From IMG/VR virus record IMGVR_UViG_3300002835_004837: DNA of 62,719 bases; one strand, written 5' to 3'. The position numbers and the translations under genes are program-made. Origin of the DNA: an uncultured virus (IMG/VR IMGVR_UViG_3300002835_004837). Taxonomy: Duplodnaviria; Heunggongvirae; Uroviricota; Caudoviricetes. Shown piece after piece: positions 10,213-20,873 of this stretch (position 1 is the first letter of the stretch; each line of letters begins with the position of its first letter). The notes beneath the pieces were generated by a model. It was not told where the DNA came from and made no database searches. It saw only the letters and a program-made list of their open reading frames with translations.

Positions 10213-13200
10213 TTACATTTGCAATGCGATACATCTAATGTCGGCAACTCTTGGCACGATTGCTGTATCAGTTACGCCAGGATCTAGCAGTAGTCCAATC
10301 TTAATTGAGAACTGCTTGTAGCCTTCGAATATAGCACCAGTTGATGATGTATATGCGATTGCGCCGCCTGTGCCAGTCATGTTTGCACCAGGAATCTTAT
10401 ACTGATATTCTTTCCAATCATTTCTGCTTGTTTCAGAAATTGTTGAGAAGTTAAATTCGCCAGTAAGTTTTTCTAGTTCAATCCAAGGTCTATCTTCAAA
10501 TGAAGTAGAATCTTCACGATGCTTGAACTTTACCCATACCTTAATATCAGTTCCTCTTGGACGAAATGCTGAGAGATAAATTCTCAAATCTTCTGCGTCT
10601 TGATCATCAGCTAGTGTTACGGTTTTTGAAATATACTTATTGAGCATATTTCCGCCGTCAGGACTTGTCTCATTTGTATAGTCACTACTAATGATATTAT
10701 CAGTTGCGACAGCATTTGTTCCGTCGATGTTGATAATGGGCGAAATAACATTTGATGTGGTTGTCATAGAAATATGAACATTCATTGATCTATTGACACC
10801 ACGAAGTCTTTCATTTGAAATAGAAAGAACTGTTCTTTCGTTCAAATAGTTAAGCTGCTCACCAGGTGTCATTGCCTTTGTGTTTCTTGTAAAATCAGAC
10901 TTTGATGTTGATTCAATCTGATAAGAAACAGATGTTCCATTAAACTTGATAACATCTGGGTCATAAGTTGCAGTAGAATAGTCAAAGTTGAGCAATTCAT
11001 TGATAGTAGCATAGAATGTGGAATCACTAATGCTTCTAATTACCTGACCGACAACAAAGCCACCAGATGCACTTGAGAACTCTGCAATTGTTCCGGATTC
11101 ACCTGGTAGAGTGTAAACGCTAGTTAGTGTACCGAAGGCAACCTGAATGTTCTCTAGAACTCTAGTGAACTTAGCAGTATTGGCTGAATTGAATACATTA
11201 ACTGTTCCAGTTGAGAAGTTGGTGAAGCCAGTTAGTGTAACAACTTTTCCGCTAACAGATGCAACAGTACCTTGTGCAACAACGGTTGCACCGGACAACT
11301 TCTTAATGATATCGCCAGGAACAATGTTAGTTGTGCTATCTAGAACCAATCTATCAGGAATATGGAACATATCACCAAGAGCCGGTGTAAATTCTTTACT
11401 CATCGAAACAAGTCTAAGCTTATCAATTGGCTTGTTACCTAGTGTTGCGGTACCAAGTGAGTTTCTAACGAACTCCGCTCGTCTTAATCTAATGGTCATA
11501 TCAACATCAGGTTCCATATCCCAGTTCATATTATTGTTTGTTGTGTAATATGTTCCTGTGTATGGACGGCTTGTTCTTCTAGCACCTGTATTAACATCAA
11601 CCTCGCCTAGTTTGGCTGTCCAGATATAAGTATCTGGATCGGCTGCGTCAGAGTGAACAACGAATGCATATTGTGTATCATTGAACAAGAAAAGAGGATG
11701 ATTAAAAGTTATTGTCAAGCCATTATCGATTCCGTTTGTAGAAATCGGGATCTCAATATTTTCAAAATGCTTTTCTGAACCAGGTACCTGATTTCTTGTA
11801 ATGCCGCCGCCAGAGTCAATTTCTCTAACTTCAAACCAAATACCTCTTGAGGTTGAAGTTGACTTTCTTCCCACGAAGATAGTTGCGCTTGTTAAGAACA
11901 TACCTTCTTCGTTGTTTGGTGTTTTTGCCAAGAATGAATAGGCAGAGCAAGAGCCCATGAAAAGCCACCATGGGAATGGAGGAGGTGGTGGTGGATCTCT
12001 TGGAACTGTTTCGGAATCAAATGTTCTTCTCTGTTCATCGACAGGCTTGGTTACATTTTGAACTGTTGGAATCTTAATAACAGTTCTTTGTTTAATCATC
12101 TTTTGTCCAGCAGCCGTAAATGTTGCTGATGCGCCAGTAGTAATAGACTCTGATGGATCATCTAGACTTACGCCTGATTCAGAAATAATAACACGGCTAT
12201 CACCGATAATCATCTTTCTTTCACCAGTTCTAAACTGTCCCTGCTGTATTCTATAAGAGAAAAAGCACTTTCCATCTAGTCCAACAAAAATAGGTGTTCC
12301 TTCTGCCGGAAGATTACCTAAAGCAGCAGGAAGACTTGCTGTTACGAGGTTGTCAGTAATGTTAATGGATGAAATGAATACACCGTTAGCATCAACTGCC
12401 TGACTTAGTGCCTCACCTGGATTAACAGGACCTGATGAACCAAATCTATATGTGGTCAATGCTGTATTATACTGTGAGGCTGTTAGTGGGCGACAAGTAT
12501 TAGATACAGGAATGTTATCAAAGTAAACCCAAATTCTTGCATTTGGTTTTAGATTTGATGCTTCACAGTAAATGACCTGAGGTCTGATATAAGGAACGAT
12601 TTCAACGTCACGAACAGTAGCGTTCTGGACAATGAAAGAAGTCTGGTTGTTTCTTCCGTATTCGGTTCCTGTTCTATTCCAATCAATGTCAATAGCAATA
12701 TTAACAGATGAATTTGTGTTATACTGATCAGCAGTTCTTCTAGCTGTAGAGTAGTCGGTGCCTTGATAGACAATACCACCACCAGCAGGGTTACGAACGG
12801 TATAAGTTCTGTTAGTTACATACCAATCATTCCATGTCGTGGAAATCTTAGTGTAAGTACCACCGAGATTTTGCTGTGTAACAAACTCTGGAGTTGTTAG
12901 AACTTCGTCGGCTAGGAATGTTGTATCGGTCCAGATATCTCTATCGGGAGTTAGTTTCAACTGTCCCAAGAATAGATATGAGGCTCTTTCGAGATTTCTT
13001 TCAGATGTTGCGACATTCTGATTTAAAAATTGCATTTCAGAGTAGTTTAGAATAACCATTCTATCTCTAGCAACAACGCCCGATGATCTAATCAAATCGA
13101 ACATGAATGATTCTGAGGTATAGATTGGTCTATAGCTCTGTTCAACTGGATCTAGACACCACTGGCTTGATTTACCGTTGATGCTAAGTGTATCGTCTTT

Positions 13201-16200
13201 GAGTGAGTCAACAAAGATACCGTTTTTAAATCTATCAAGTCCGGCTTCGTCACGGACTGTTACGGTCGTTGCTGCCTTTTCAAGAGCATTCAATGTGGTG
13301 TAATATTCTAGATTCTCAATTCTATCTTGAAGAATACCAATATCACGCATCGTAAATCTATTGATCGCAGATGCCTTGGAGGCACATGATAAGTCTGATC
13401 TGCCCAGTCTATTACCGTAAGCTGGTGATAGTGATGGATAAGGAGGAATCTTCAATACAGATAGAGTCAACTTATCTGGATCAAACTTTGGTGTAATTGG
13501 TGTTAGTGATGGAACACCACCAACAACTGATAGTGATCCAGTCTTGTCTAGTGTAACAAGATCGATACGACCAAGATAGTTCTGAACATCAAATGTCAGA
13601 GGGTTCGATGGCATAGGAATCTTGATGCCCTGACTGACAAACTTAAATGTTGCCCAAGCAGCCTTAGGATATGTTGATATATATGCAATACCTGGATTTT
13701 CTGTTGCTGCTGATGGTAGAACCGCCGCAGTAGCAATGTTATTCTTGACAGGTCTAAAGTCTAGAACATTTCTTAGATCAATCAACTTACCGGTTGCAGT
13801 TCTGTATCTTGGAACATTCTCAGTTCTAATATTTGTCTCTGCATTGAATAGAGCATCATTGTCCTGAATAGGATAAGAATCGACAGAGAAGTAACCGCCA
13901 GTACCGGTAGCGGTATGATCAAAGTAATCCAACTCAATAAGAAGTCTATCGGTTGCTTCCATAGCTGATCTTGGTCTAATATAACCGTGATCATACATGT
14001 TATCTGTCTGTCCATTGTTGAAAATGAACGAAGATGTGACATCTGTTCCGCCAGTATTAGATGTTGGGTAAGAACCTGAGCCTTTTCTGATAGATTTAAT
14101 TCTATAGATATCACTGAAACCTAGATTGATAGGACCAGTTAGATTAGGTAGAGTTGATGCATTGATCTTAACATATCTATTGGTTCTAAGAACCTTTGAC
14201 ATTTCACGAGCGGTAACTCTTGCTACTGGGAATGTAACAGCAGCGGCTACAGTTGATGAGAATGTTTCTTTAAGATCGATTGTCAATGATGATGGAGTTG
14301 TGGTAACTGATCTAACAGTGCCAGTATTAGCACCCTTAGTTGTTAGATCGATGATATCACCAACTAGATAAACCTTGGTTACTGTATTGCCTGCTAGTGC
14401 AGGAATACCTGGGCTGACGATCAAATCTCTGTTATTTGCAGATGCAGTTGTAACAGTATAAGTCAAACTGTTGCCAGAGAATCTAACCTTGTCACCAACA
14501 TTCAATGTTAGGAAGTTTGTGCTTAGATCACCAAGAAGTCTGGTTGCACCCACAGTTCCGGTTACAGTTCCTGGAAGGCTGAGGTTTGTATTGGCTTTCA
14601 ATACGAGTTTGATTTCTCTCTTATCAGCACTTGCAAGAGTTGTCGTACCATAAGGTAGAGTTTCAATACCTGATGGTATAGTAATTGACAGTAGACCAGT
14701 TGTATCAATAGCAACAGTGTTATCGATACCCTCAGTCTTTAAGAATGAGAATGATGTTGCAGATGTAGTTGGATCATCCTTATCTCTAACGCTCTTGGTT
14801 GATAGTGAACCAGTATCGTAAAGAAGATATGAATCCTGTGCTTGTAGAACAAATGAACTGCCTACAATGTCTGCCTTAGCGCCAGTGGCAGGCATATAGA
14901 ACGATTGAACATTACCTGGACCATAACCAGAAACATATTGCACATCTGTTAGATAAAGATTATACTGAGCATCGTAGCCCTCTCTGCCATCAACATATTC
15001 TAGTGATAGAACTTTAGCATAACCAACTAGAGTTCCGGCAGCGGCACTAGTTGCTAATTTCTTATCAGTGATTGAGTTCTGTGCGGTATCATAAAGGTAA
15101 ATAACAGCACCCTTGTTCTGCTCCCACATACCGATAACTTCATTAACCACAACATATGAACCCATGGTTGTGGTAATGATATGAGTATCGCTGGCTACAT
15201 CAAGACCTTTTCTTGTTACAAGTTCCTGTGTAGTTTCATAATTGATTTCATAACCTTTGACATATGCAGTACCGGCTGATACAGAAACGGCTAGAAGCTG
15301 GTTATTACCGTTATCGTAACGACCGAAATTACTGCCTGTATTGTCATGCTCTCTAATCTGAACGGCCATACCACCTACAAGATAGTTGCCCGATTCATCA
15401 AAGGTTCTCTTTGCCATTTCATCGGCAATAATATTGTATTCTGGTCTATCGTTTCTTTCCGTTACGATACCATTTTCAATTCTAACAAGAGAAATAAAGT
15501 CCTGCTGATCAATCTGATCTGTTAGATTATATGTGTATAGAGTTGGTGAGATAGAAAATCTATCAGCACCAGGTGCGGCATAGTTTGATGATTCAAGAGC
15601 AGGATCGAGTAGTGAAGTATCTTCCTCAGAACTTACAATCTCCTCTGATAGAAGCATACCTACAATCTTTGATGGGTTTCTATTGTATCTTTCAATAATG
15701 ATAGACTGCTTTGGAAACTTGATGAAATGGTTCTTAGCGAATATAACACCTTCTTCAATCTGAAATCTTGAACCGAAGCCAGTTGGACTAGAAGCAAGAG
15801 CAACGGCAGTTCCTACACTTGAATTAAGAACTTCGTTTGGCTGAAATACTTTAAGTGCTGAGTTGGTTGATGCTCTAGTGTAACGAACATAAAGAGTCTT
15901 GGTGTTAGTTGATGTTTGAACACCATCTAGAACATCAATAACAATTGCCTGAATACCAGTTGTGGCACCAGTTAGAACAACATTCTTAAAGTTATTGACA
16001 TTTACTGTATTGTTTAGAGTATTAAGGTCTTTGATCTTAACATAATCGACAGCCGAACCACCAGATGCGAAGCCTTCACTTGTCTGAACTGAGAACCCAC
16101 CAGGAAGAACAATAGAACCCTCACGGAACATGTGACGACCGAACCGAGTAACCTGTTCTTGAAGGATAGTCTGTAGCTGTGTTAGCTCACGAGCCTGGAC

Positions 16201-16308
16201 GGCATAACCAGGCTTGAATAGAATGCGATAAAAATCTTTATTGAAATCATAATCATCATAGTAAGGACTTACATTGAAGTTAGTTGTCAATACAGTATTG
16301 GCTGCCAT
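10213..16308 (-). CDS. Large virion structural protein (DUF4815/VrlC-like)
   Basis: 2031 aa; PYYDDY...RILFKPGYAVQARELTQLQ N-terminus; RFKNGIFVD; YISKTVTL near the C-terminus. Confidence 0.8.
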   Translation of the reverse strand: MAANTVLTTNFNVSPYYDDYDFNKDFYRILFKPGYAVQARELTQLQTILQEQVTRFGRHMFREGSIVLPGGFSVQTSEGFASGGSAVDYVKIKDLNTLNNTVNVNNFKNVVLTGATTGIQAIVIDVLDGVQTSTNTKTLYVRYTRASTNSALKVFQPNEVLNSSVGTAVALASSPTGFGSRFQIEEGVIFAKNHFIKFPKQSIIIERYNRNPSKIVGMLLSEEIVSSEEDTSLLDPALESSNYAAPGADRFSISPTLYTYNLTDQIDQQDFISLVRIENGIVTERNDRPEYNIIADEMAKRTFDESGNYLVGGMAVQIREHDNTGSNFGRYDNGNNQLLAVSVSAGTAYVKGYEINYETTQELVTRKGLDVASDTHIITTTMGSYVVVNEVIGMWEQNKGAVIYLYDTAQNSITDKKLATSAAAGTLVGYAKVLSLEYVDGREGYDAQYNLYLTDVQYVSGYGPGNVQSFYMPATGAKADIVGSSFVLQAQDSYLLYDTGSLSTKSVRDKDDPTTSATSFSFLKTEGIDNTVAIDTTGLLSITIPSGIETLPYGTTTLASADKREIKLVLKANTNLSLPGTVTGTVGATRLLGDLSTNFLTLNVGDKVRFSGNSLTYTVTTASANNRDLIVSPGIPALAGNTVTKVYLVGDIIDLTTKGANTGTVRSVTTTPSSLTIDLKETFSSTVAAAVTFPVARVTAREMSKVLRTNRYVKINASTLPNLTGPINLGFSDIYRIKSIRKGSGSYPTSNTGGTDVTSSFIFNNGQTDNMYDHGYIRPRSAMEATDRLLIELDYFDHTATGTGGYFSVDSYPIQDNDALFNAETNIRTENVPRYRTATGKLIDLRNVLDFRPVKNNIATAAVLPSAATENPGIAYISTYPKAAWATFKFVSQGIKIPMPSNPLTFDVQNYLGRIDLVTLDKTGSLSVVGGVPSLTPITPKFDPDKLTLSVLKIPPYPSLSPAYGNRLGRSDLSCASKASAINRFTMRDIGILQDRIENLEYYTTLNALEKAATTVTVRDEAGLDRFKNGIFVDSLKDDTLSINGKSSQWCLDPVEQSYRPIYTSESFMFDLIRSSGVVARDRMVILNYSEMQFLNQNVATSERNLERASYLFLGQLKLTPDRDIWTDTTFLADEVLTTPEFVTQQNLGGTYTKISTTWNDWYVTNRTYTVRNPAGGGIVYQGTDYSTARRTADQYNTNSSVNIAIDIDWNRTGTEYGRNNQTSFIVQNATVRDVEIVPYIRPQVIYCEASNLKPNARIWVYFDNIPVSNTCRPLTASQYNTALTTYRFGSSGPVNPGEALSQAVDANGVFISSINITDNLVTASLPAALGNLPAEGTPIFVGLDGKCFFSYRIQQGQFRTGERKMIIGDSRVIISESGVSLDDPSESITTGASATFTAAGQKMIKQRTVIKIPTVQNVTKPVDEQRRTFDSETVPRDPPPPPPFPWWLFMGSCSAYSFLAKTPNNEEGMFLTSATIFVGRKSTSTSRGIWFEVREIDSGGGITRNQVPGSEKHFENIEIPISTNGIDNGLTITFNHPLFLFNDTQYAFVVHSDAADPDTYIWTAKLGEVDVNTGARRTSRPYTGTYYTTNNNMNWDMEPDVDMTIRLRRAEFVRNSLGTATLGNKPIDKLRLVSMSKEFTPALGDMFHIPDRLVLDSTTNIVPGDIIKKLSGATVVAQGTVASVSGKVVTLTGFTNFSTGTVNVFNSANTAKFTRVLENIQVAFGTLTSVYTLPGESGTIAEFSSASGGFVVGQVIRSISDSTFYATINELLNFDYSTATYDPDVIKFNGTSVSYQIESTSKSDFTRNTKAMTPGEQLNYLNERTVLSISNERLRGVNRSMNVHISMTTTSNVISPIINIDGTNAVATDNIISSDYTNETSPDGGNMLNKYISKTVTLADDQDAEDLRIYLSAFRPRGTDIKVWVKFKHREDSTSFEDRPWIELEKLTGEFNFSTISETSRNDWKEYQYKIPGANMTGTGGAIAYTSSTGAIFEGYKQFSIKIGLLLDPGVTDTAIVPRVADIRCIALQM

Positions 16309-16323
16309 TTTGTTCTTTTCCTT

Positions 16324-17646
16324 TTAGAAACTTAATACGATCTTGAAGTTCTCGGTCTGGTTCGGATCTCGTTGAACTGGTTCTATATTATCTATGTATA
16401 ATAGTTTACCTGAATTGGTTTCCAGTTCAGGCTGTTGTGTTACGGTGATTAGCTGACGAACAGCGGCTGATGAATAGCCTATCAATCTATCGTTTGTAGG
16501 TAGACCTTCAATACCGTATAGTCTAAGAGTATTAAAGCCATCCCAATCTGATACGATACCTCTGAATGATGAGGCTGTGAAAGACAACCCCTGATAGACA
16601 AACTCGTCCTTTTCATAGTTTACAGAAACACCAGAAACAGAAACGGTTGTTACTTGTGAGAATGTAGTATTCGTAAACGGAGTAGTTGATAGTCTTTTTG
16701 TTGGATCGGCAATAATAGCAACTTGTCTAAAGTCGTTAGCAACTGTTAGCTTGTTATTTTCAGATGCAGCGAGTTTAACAGAAATGATAAGATAAGAACC
16801 GCCTAGTTCTGTTACTGGGTCTGATCCGTGTCCACCTGGTGGAGGAATAACTGCTCTAGCAAATGCGCCCTGACCACCGCCGCCACTGATTACTACGCTT
16901 GCTCTGCTGTATCCGTATCCAGGATCATCGATAACGATTTCTGAAATATTATTAGCAGTTGTATTTCTAACAGCAAAAGCATTAGCATTGAAGCCGTCAC
17001 CAATAATACGAACATTGATATTAGATGAGGTATAATTAGCACCTCGGGTAACAACTCTAATGTTACTAATAGTTCCTTCGATGGTATTAGTCTGCACTGA
17101 CCACTGTGTAGAGCCGTCGGCAATTGTTAGAGTCTTAACTGGAATAAAGTTTGCGGTAGTGAACTGTGTCTGTTCTTCTGCACTAATAGAATACATATAC
17201 TTCCAAACATACTTGTCGGAAGTAGTGAATGGTAGAGAAGTAGGAGTGCCAGCAGGCTTTACGGTAGAAATACCACCATAGTTGTTAGACAAACATTTAT
17301 AGACATGAAAATCGTCTGTCACAACATAGAATTTATTGTTAGCGGCAGTTAGAGCCGATGAATCCCAAAAGTCTTCATACTGATTCCAGATTTCATTTGG
17401 AGTCCAGTTATATCTAGGAATACAATGTCTGATATCATTACCAGTGACTTTCTTACCACCAAGCATGTTCTTATAGATATCAACAATACTTGAAACGGAA
17501 GTGGTTGGAACAGGTGGATTAGTATCAGATGGCCATGGAGATGTTTTGCCAATTGTCATGTATAAATTGGTAACATTCTGAGCCACAGATGTTTTGAACA
17601 TCTTGGCATTATGAATTTCAAGGTCTTTTGAATGTGAAGATGGCAT
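16324..17646 (-). CDS. gp8: Baseplate wedge subunit gp8
   Basis: FYVVTDDFHVYKCLSNN, YVWKYMYSI, GHGSDP.ELG, C-terminal QTENFKIVLSF. Confidence 0.9.
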   Translation of the reverse strand: MPSSHSKDLEIHNAKMFKTSVAQNVTNLYMTIGKTSPWPSDTNPPVPTTSVSSIVDIYKNMLGGKKVTGNDIRHCIPRYNWTPNEIWNQYEDFWDSSALTAANNKFYVVTDDFHVYKCLSNNYGGISTVKPAGTPTSLPFTTSDKYVWKYMYSISAEEQTQFTTANFIPVKTLTIADGSTQWSVQTNTIEGTISNIRVVTRGANYTSSNINVRIIGDGFNANAFAVRNTTANNISEIVIDDPGYGYSRASVVISGGGGQGAFARAVIPPPGGHGSDPVTELGGSYLIISVKLAASENNKLTVANDFRQVAIIADPTKRLSTTPFTNTTFSQVTTVSVSGVSVNYEKDEFVYQGLSFTASSFRGIVSDWDGFNTLRLYGIEGLPTNDRLIGYSSAAVRQLITVTQQPELETNSGKLLYIDNIEPVQRDPNQTENFKIVLSF

Positions 17647-17673
17647 TACTATTCTCTTATTAATTTAATTGTA

Positions 17674-17925
17674 TTATTTAGCATCATTTGTCGGAGGGTC
17701 CCATTCCTCATCTTTTACTATCTCTAGCATTTCTTCATGAGTATAAGGACCATCGGTATTCTTTAGTTTAGATACGAAGTCTGGTTGATCGCCAATCCAT
17801 TTGATAAATGTCTTTTTGAGGTCTTTAGTGTATCTTAGATGTTCAACAGATGTTTCCAGAATTTGCTCGAAATCAACTTTCTTTAATTCTGAAACAGGTA
17901 GTATCAGATAGTTTCTATCTTCCAT
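17674..17925 (-). CDS. Conserved phage hypothetical protein
   Basis: KVDF.QILETS...KTFIKW...PYTH.E motif common in T4-like structural clusters. Confidence 0.6.
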   Translation of the reverse strand: MEDRNYLILPVSELKKVDFEQILETSVEHLRYTKDLKKTFIKWIGDQPDFVSKLKNTDGPYTHEEMLEIVKDEEWDPPTNDAK

Positions 17926-20873
17926 TATACACCAAATCTTTCTCTATCAGTATTGAAGTTTCGTTTAACTTCGGCTGCCGATAGCACACGGTTATAAACT
18001 CTCATGATTGAAATTCTACCGATTAGATAGCTCCAACGATAAATGTCGTTATATGCACCAGATGCACCGACAGATACACCACTATTATTTGTAGCAATAG
18101 TTCCTGCCAGTGCTGACGAAGCAACTAGAGTATTATTGACATATAGTCTTTGTGCGCCTGAGGTATATGTTAGCGCAATGTGTGTCCATCTATTGCTTCT
18201 AATATAGTCTTCTGCATTAAAGCCTGGACGAACAGCCGCATAGCCAGGAGGTGGCACTCTAGTTGCTGTTAGTGAGGCCGCCTGTTGCCATACACCATTA
18301 ATCTTAGCATTGAATACTAGATCACCCAATAGATTAAATTCTAGTGAGTATTGACTTCCGTTGGCACCCTTCTGGAAAATTACAGCATTCTGGAATGTAG
18401 AAGGAACATTGATCCAAGTTTCTAGTGTCAAATTCTGTAGATCAAGAGTTGTGCTATTTGGGAATCTAATAACATCATTTAAGCCGTCAAAGCGAATAAG
18501 ACCATTAGTTACAGAAACACCATTGAGCATTTCACCTTCATAACTTGTATTAATGAGGTTAGCAATTCTACCTGCTGTAGTTGTTCCAGTATTAGCAGCC
18601 GACATATGGAATATTAGACCAGTCTTTACTAGGTCTGGGTAATGGCTGCTACTGAATACTTGTGCGCCGTTTATATTTGTTGCTTCAATATCTTCCTTTT
18701 CATACTGACCAAACATCTTCATGCCGGCAGGATGTGTTAGCGACTTAAGTGTGTTTCTATACTTTGATAGAGGCTTGTCAGTTCTAACGACATAAGAGAA
18801 GTTCTGATAATAATCTCTATTCTGTAGGTAATTCTGGGCGCTGATAAAGCCATCGTCATTAATATAACGACCTGGGTATGAATAGATACCTGTAACAACC
18901 GAAGTATTAACGACAGCGACATTACCTGTATGACCTGTTGTTAGGTCAAGAATAGGTGGAACAGTGTAACCAGTTCCTGGGTTAACAATAGTAAATCTTC
19001 TGATGATACCAATATCTTCTGTTGTGAATGTAAATGAACCACCACGGCCCAGTGTGGTCATTGGCTGAACATTAGCGCCGGTTCCTGTTGCTGACTTAAT
19101 TACACAATAAGGCATCATTGTATAATCGTATCCCTCACCACCAATATAGTGACCAGAAATTTGAACCCATGCAACATTCATAATAGCGCCAGCAGCATTG
19201 ACTACGCTTACTCTGGCAGCCGCACCTGATCCGAAACTATTTGCTTCGTTTCTATTGTGGAACTCGATAACATCATTGACCTGATAATTTAGACCAGGAT
19301 TGAGTATCTTTAGTTTGCCGATGATGCCCATTTCTTGGACGATTGTATTTGCTTGAATGGTAAATGTAGGTGTACCGAAATAACTCTCACCAGGTTCGAC
19401 AACGAAACAAAATTTAGCTGCACCGGTATTTGAATATGACCAGTAACCAACGGCATCTGCAATAACAGTTTCGCCTACTGTAGAAGCACCATCAACAGTC
19501 AAACCACCGTTAGCGACCTCTGTAGCAAAGCCATACATGTCGCATCTAACATTAGCAACATCTGAAATTCTAGTGTTACAAATATTATATTGATTGGGAT
19601 GATAAATGTTTTCCCAAACGCTTTCTACTTCACCTAGAGCACCGATACCACCACCGCCAGATACAGTAATAAAATCGCCTCCTCTAGCTTCTGGACCGTC
19701 TTCTATACGACCACGATAGCCTGCACCACCATTATCTGGCAATGAACCTTCAATAAAGATTCTTTCAATACCACCGGCAGATACTCTTGAAATTCTTACT
19801 AGACCGCCAGTACCAGAACCATTTACTGGAATAATTGGAACAGTAGTACCTTCAACATAACCAGTACCACCATTAACAATATCAATATCGACAATCTGAC
19901 CGCCGAAGATACGAGCAGTAGCATATTTTACTTGTCCGTCTTCTTCGAATAGTGCATAGATTGATTCGTCAGATAGAAATGGCTTATTAGAGTTTGAAAT
20001 TCTTAGTTCGGTAACAAGTGTATTGTTATCATAGAATACATTAACTGCCTCGACTAGTGCAGTTGCTTTAGAAGTCAAGCCTTTAACTTCTTTATTCTGA
20101 AAATATGAATAGACCATAGAGTTGGCAACATTGTTAATAGCGCCGTTCTGGACTCTTAATGCTCTTTCAACATACCACTTACCGTCTGACGCTCTAAGAA
20201 CATCTTGCTTAGGATAATAAACCTCGGCAGTTGTATTATATAAGGCTCTCATCAAGAAACGAATAGACTTTTCCGAGCCTCTTGATCTATAGAAATCCTT
20301 GGCGTGTTTCAGCACAAGGTTCTTATCAGCCAACATATTCTTGGGAAGTAGCTTGATATAATTGTTATAGAGTGTTTGAAGGATCTGATCATTATCACGA
20401 GCGTTATCGACATCCATATAACGACCGAAATTCTTCATAATGTTTGTTAGATCGGCACCGGGTGCATTAGCAACAGTTTTGTAAACGAAAAATCTTTCAC
20501 CAACCAAACGCACTGGGTAACTATTACCTGTGATATTGAAGGTGTTGCTGCCTGGTACGACATTAGCTGCATAAGCACCAACATCTGTATTGGCTATTCT
20601 AATCTTGGTACCGTTAGCGATAGCAACATTTGATCTACCAACAGGAAGACTTACAACCACAGTGTTCGTATAATCTACGCCATATGGTGTTGTCGCACCA
20701 ATTACGGTACTGATTGTCAGATTAGAAGTGACTGGCTTGATATAACTTGGAGTTTCTAGAAATCTATAATAGCTTCTAACAAACTCCAAGAAGATTTCGT
20801 GTTCTTCTCTGACGAACCCCGGAACCTGTTGATCAATTAATACTGATGTTCTGTTATTTGAAATAAATGGCAT
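17925..20873 (-). CDS. gp7: Baseplate wedge initiator gp7-like with C-terminal LamG/ConA-like domain
   Basis: FLEFVRSYY, FYRSRGSEKS, YYQNFSYVV, HPAGMKMFG; lies between gp6 and gp8; C-terminal FDGLND...WTHIALTY...RVYNRVLS. Confidence 0.8.
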   Translation of the reverse strand: MPFISNNRTSVLIDQQVPGFVREEHEIFLEFVRSYYRFLETPSYIKPVTSNLTISTVIGATTPYGVDYTNTVVVSLPVGRSNVAIANGTKIRIANTDVGAYAANVVPGSNTFNITGNSYPVRLVGERFFVYKTVANAPGADLTNIMKNFGRYMDVDNARDNDQILQTLYNNYIKLLPKNMLADKNLVLKHAKDFYRSRGSEKSIRFLMRALYNTTAEVYYPKQDVLRASDGKWYVERALRVQNGAINNVANSMVYSYFQNKEVKGLTSKATALVEAVNVFYDNNTLVTELRISNSNKPFLSDESIYALFEEDGQVKYATARIFGGQIVDIDIVNGGTGYVEGTTVPIIPVNGSGTGGLVRISRVSAGGIERIFIEGSLPDNGGAGYRGRIEDGPEARGGDFITVSGGGGIGALGEVESVWENIYHPNQYNICNTRISDVANVRCDMYGFATEVANGGLTVDGASTVGETVIADAVGYWSYSNTGAAKFCFVVEPGESYFGTPTFTIQANTIVQEMGIIGKLKILNPGLNYQVNDVIEFHNRNEANSFGSGAAARVSVVNAAGAIMNVAWVQISGHYIGGEGYDYTMMPYCVIKSATGTGANVQPMTTLGRGGSFTFTTEDIGIIRRFTIVNPGTGYTVPPILDLTTGHTGNVAVVNTSVVTGIYSYPGRYINDDGFISAQNYLQNRDYYQNFSYVVRTDKPLSKYRNTLKSLTHPAGMKMFGQYEKEDIEATNINGAQVFSSSHYPDLVKTGLIFHMSAANTGTTTAGRIANLINTSYEGEMLNGVSVTNGLIRFDGLNDVIRFPNSTTLDLQNLTLETWINVPSTFQNAVIFQKGANGSQYSLEFNLLGDLVFNAKINGVWQQAASLTATRVPPPGYAAVRPGFNAEDYIRSNRWTHIALTYTSGAQRLYVNNTLVASSALAGTIATNNSGVSVGASGAYNDIYRWSYLIGRISIMRVYNRVLSAAEVKRNFNTDRERFGV

